Below the pieces are notes generated by a model. It worked only from the letters and a program-made list of their open reading frames with translations. It was not told the DNA's origin and ran no database searches. 64,000 bases of DNA from Iphione sp. A-MEVVRFRX5 (taxonomy: Eukaryota), in contig OZ320318.1 in the NCBI GenBank assembly GCA_976226885.1, forward strand, positions 57,660,001-57,724,000, given 5' to 3'. The position numbers and the translations under genes are program-made. The number at the start of each line of letters is the position of its first letter. Positions within the stretch are counted from its first letter, which is position 1. This document shows, in pieces, positions 1-64,000 of this stretch.

Positions 1-1400
1 ATGCCTGTGAATGCAGACGAACATTGACTATGCCATCTCCGCTGAGCAGAAGTCATATGGAATTATAAGCCTCCCTCGTGTCCAAGTCCAAGAAGATGGG
101 CAAACCACATAGTTGACTTAACAAAGAGGAATCTTCATATACCCATCTGCATAGTGTTCAGCTTACTCTCACAAACTTTATGGACACTTTAAAAATGAAC
201 CAGACACTGTGCAAAGGTTACCAGATTCCATAATTGGAAGATTCTAGTGACATTTAGAGAATACTACAATCTGCTATTGTATTGGGGCAGTTTAGAGAAT
301 ACAACAACATGTTATTGTGTCAGTTATTATCCCCTCCTCCCGGATATTGGTCCAACGAATCCTGTCCCATTAACTTTAACTCCATGACAAAGTAAAAGAC
401 TTTTAGATCCATGGCACTACATGCCCCATGAGGTATTCAATAAGCACATATCCAACATTTTAGCTATAGTTTCAGCCAAAGCCCATGGTGGCAAGGGTCT
501 TTTGTTAAATTACATTTGTGTGGGTTTATTTAAAATACCCCCAAAACAGGCACATCACATGTCAACTGTACATTGTGTTTCAAGAAATAAAAGCAGGCAA
601 GTGCCTATTAAAAAAATGCTCCAGTACTCCAGACTACAGCATCCGGCTGCCATACCCAGAGAAAAGTTCCTGAAAGATCTTGCAAAATTAATATTGCAAA
701 ACATGATGACATTATTTTGAAAGCCTTTAGGGCTGTGACTGTATATAAGATAGAGCTGATATGGTAGGTACCGGTACTGAATAAACAGACACCCATATAC
801 CCTTACGTTGTGTACTTGAAGTGACCCAGATAGTGCTTGTCAATTTTATTCTTTATTTTAAATGAAATCATGATATATCTTCTTCTTCAGGTTAAGATGC
901 GTTCATATCAACTGTGCACTATATACTAACCATATTCCCAGTCTTATGTCATACCGTACTCATTCAGTCGGTATGGACCTCAACTGAAAATAATAATATG
1001 CGTCCAAGTGATCGCAGTATACAATCTGACACAAGAAATTAATATAACTTTATATACCTTAGGTACTAATGATATATGATAATCAAGAGAGGTTCCTGTA
1101 ATGTCCCTAGTGGACACAACTTTGAGTGACCTAACATACATAGATGATAGAGAGTTTTGGGTGATATTAGGCTGTTCCTTAAGGCAAATAGTCTGTATTG
1201 CTGCCTTACAATGAGCTGAAAGATGCATGGAAACAATTCATCACAGAGAGTAGCAGATAGCATGGGAGTTTAATCCCTAAATAGTACGAGGCTCTTTGCC
1301 TACAGTCAGTAACAATGTTATAAAATAAGTCCCAGCTTTACCACCAGGTTCGCCCGTAGCCTGAATGTTACTTCAGTGTCTCTCCGATATGGGGCGTTAG

Positions 1401-1408
1401 TATCGATG
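1401..1408 (+). promoter_or_regulatory. DRE-like housekeeping promoter motif (TATCGATG, 7/8 match to TATCGATA)
   Basis: 30 nt upstream of the PRPF6 ATG in a CpG-containing stretch; single short motif, could be chance. Confidence 0.25.
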
Positions 1409-1430
1409 TTACGCTGGGGAAGCGCACACC

Positions 1431-61537
<60,107 letters not shown>

Positions 61538-62845
61538 GTGACCCGGGCCTTAAACCAAACAGACTTCTCTTCATCGAGCAAAAACACGTACTCTTCCCTA
61601 GAGTTTCACCTTCACGTGAGAACCGTTTATCATTTTGTGCGTAGTTACCACCACGGACCATTCAGAGCATTCTATACGACTGGAGTCAATACCAGTCGCT
61701 GTAAGTTATTGCCTTTCAGGACACGGGTCAGTACTTTTCTTTAATATCGGCACTAACCTGCCAGTCGGAAGGATATAGAACATATAGAGGGTCTTTTCCA
61801 TCTGGAACAGCATCTCCGAATTCATGAAACAAATGACAGCCACCTATAATCAACAATGAGATCTTTTTTTTATGTATTTTTAAAAATTCAAGCAAACATT
61901 ATGTGTTTCTTACGTAAATGGTAACTCCTAGTACCGTGTATAACAGGAGTCTTGAGATCGAAACTCGATACACCACCTCGAAACTTGTATGAAAAAGGGC
62001 TGAAATAGTATCCACCTGTCTGCGGAAACTCAGCCTTACTAGTTGGCATGTACACTGTATAACTATGTGGAAACGATATAGAAACCGGTTATCAACTTTA
62101 ACCCGAGTGAGTCATACCAGAGGGATCCATGGAATATCACGCCCTTCTCGGTTGTGTTTTGATCCATATGTCGGAAGCGATCAGTAAATTGGTCCTGCCC
62201 ACGATGGGTCGATGTAGAACATCTGTAAAACTGATCCACTCTACAAGAGCTGGTGCAGAAACGCTGAATAACAAGTAGTACGTACAACTTTAGTTCCCCA
62301 TTGGTAACGGGAACTGATCTGATATCGTTCAATAGCATGTGACCTTTTATCACTAGAAATATGATGAGGAAGTGACAGTTGTCAGGCTTGATGATGACTG
62401 AGACAACTTATCAAGTCATCAAACGATTTTTGTGTCGATTATGATGCCCCGTTTATTCGATTTCACCTATACAACAGGGGAAATGATAAGGCCAGTCGTC
62501 TCCTTCTTCCTGGACTAATAAAATAGCCCTGACTGAAAGCTCAGTCGTGTACGTCAACCCCTGCGCACTCGGTGTTTAGAAGTATGAATTTGAACGGATT
62601 GATTTGTTTCACATGCAGTTTAATATCAAACAATTCTCCTGTGTATGTTATAAATTGTGCTATTGAGAGCTCGTGCAACTTAACACGTCTGTAAACGTTA
62701 ATGTAACCTTTCCGTCACAAATATATACTCTTTGAACATCCATAGTATTGTCAAAGAGTGTATGGAAAAGTCATCTTAAGTATAAAAAATACACGCTACG
62801 AACTGACTGACCGCATTGTCTCTGTAGCATGTGTTTACATAATGT

Positions 62846-62860
62846 AATAAAAGAAATAAA
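62846..62860 (+). terminator. Candidate polyadenylation signals of PRPF6 (two AATAAA)
   Basis: AATAAA at 62846-62851 and 62855-62860, followed by T/GT-rich sequence, about 1.3 kb after the stop codon. Confidence 0.5.
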
Positions 62861-64000
62861 AAACAGCTTTCAGGGTATATTTTATGCACTTTTGTTGTCC
62901 GGCTTTACGGACTACAGTTGTCTTTTTACCTATATGTGGCAACGCTTCAAACTACTATTTAGTAGCCTTTAAAGACATCTACGATTAGCAGAGGTAAGCA
63001 TTTCCAGGTTCTGGATATTTCGGGAAAGAACGATTCAAAATATGGCTCCTTAGCGTCAACCTGGAAATTCTGCTGAATCCCGCCCTAACTGCCCTACCCT
63101 TCCCTCGCCCGAGTGTTCGTTCTGTGTGTACGACCGAACTCCCTCCTTACTTATATCACTATGTGCATGTCTCAATGTCTTTCATATCTGAAATTTTGGA
63201 AATGAAAAACAATTCGACTTGACAGTAATCTACAGTACATCTCTCCTCGACTTGACAGTAATCTACAGTCCATCTCTCCTGTATCACAATTAGCATCTTG
63301 TTTTAGCCCACCAATGCGGGGGCCACTGCAAAGTTAAGGGTCGGAAATTCTGATGCAGGTTCATATGCATTGTATATCGGCCTAACGACCACCCTGCTCC
63401 ACACGCACAGTTCCCGCACAGTCCCAGTGCCGCAAATGCCTGGAGTTTATTTGGCGAAAGGTAGCTCATGGTAGCACATTGACTCGTTGCCTTAGGCATT
63501 AGTGTTCATTGTACATGCTGTTCCTTCAACGATTGCATTAGTAACATCCTTCATTTAATGCATATCCCAAACTGTATTTCACAACACCGACATTTTGTTT
63601 GCAGTAAACAGTGCCTGCATTAACCAATTGTATCCCTGCAGTGCTGAGTGGTACAGTGGAAAATTGCCACGGTGTTTTTGCCAGTGCTGTGAAGAAAGCC
63701 GACCCTGGATATAGTACAGAAGAATATTCCTGATCACCCACACATAACAGATCGCTGCGTCATGCTCCATATTTTGACAAGATTCTTTTATCTTCCGCCC
63801 TTTGTGTGTGAGGATTACGGGCAGGGATCGGAAAGTGTGAGGGCTGGAGATAGAAATCAGACGCAACCCCACTGTCCATTTATTGTTCACGCGTTGCGCT
63901 GAATGGTCATCTCTTAAAACCAGTGCATGTCTGGGTTATTTTTCATAAACCTTGTTTCCACTGGTAATACCATACATAAACCTGTATTCGGGACCAGCCA

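Noticed and set aside
1-1380. Possible divergent gene upstream of PRPF6 (donor-like GGTG|GTAAAG near 1340 and a hydrophobic peptide MAAGCCSLEYWSIFLIGTCLLLF near 655, minus strand)
   Set aside because: No recognisable protein, reading frames closed by stops, no consistent exon chain

Overview
Eukaryotic (animal, most likely invertebrate; taxon not determinable here) genomic window. It is almost entirely occupied by one intron-rich gene, PRPF6 (U5 snRNP / tri-snRNP splicing factor Prp6), on the + strand: 23 coding exons from 1431 to 61537, about 918 aa, one GC-AG intron, and the start of exon 13 lost in an assembly gap. The introns hold many mobile elements: a decayed and partly duplicated DIRS1-like retrotransposon, three tRNA-derived SINE copies, a PIF/Harbinger-type MITE, several dispersed or tandem repeats, and an intact, apparently recent Penelope-like element (PLE, Neptune-type RT + GIY-YIG) in intron 21 on the - strand, with identical 494-bp pLTRs and a 15-16 bp TSD. 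Two features of this PLE stand out. (1) Each pLTR holds a split type-I hammerhead ribozyme: the core pairs with a cleavage-site strand about 185 nt downstream. The same split architecture, with compensatory base changes, recurs in two diverged PLE relics elsewhere in the window, one with an intact core in sense orientation in the last PRPF6 intron. (2) The element has a separate 773-aa ORF1 overlapping the RT-endonuclease ORF in the -1 frame, with a canonical G_GGU_UUU slippery heptamer 9 nt after the RT frame opens, suggesting gag-pol-like programmed frameshifting. All calls come from manual reading; no searches or folding programs were run.
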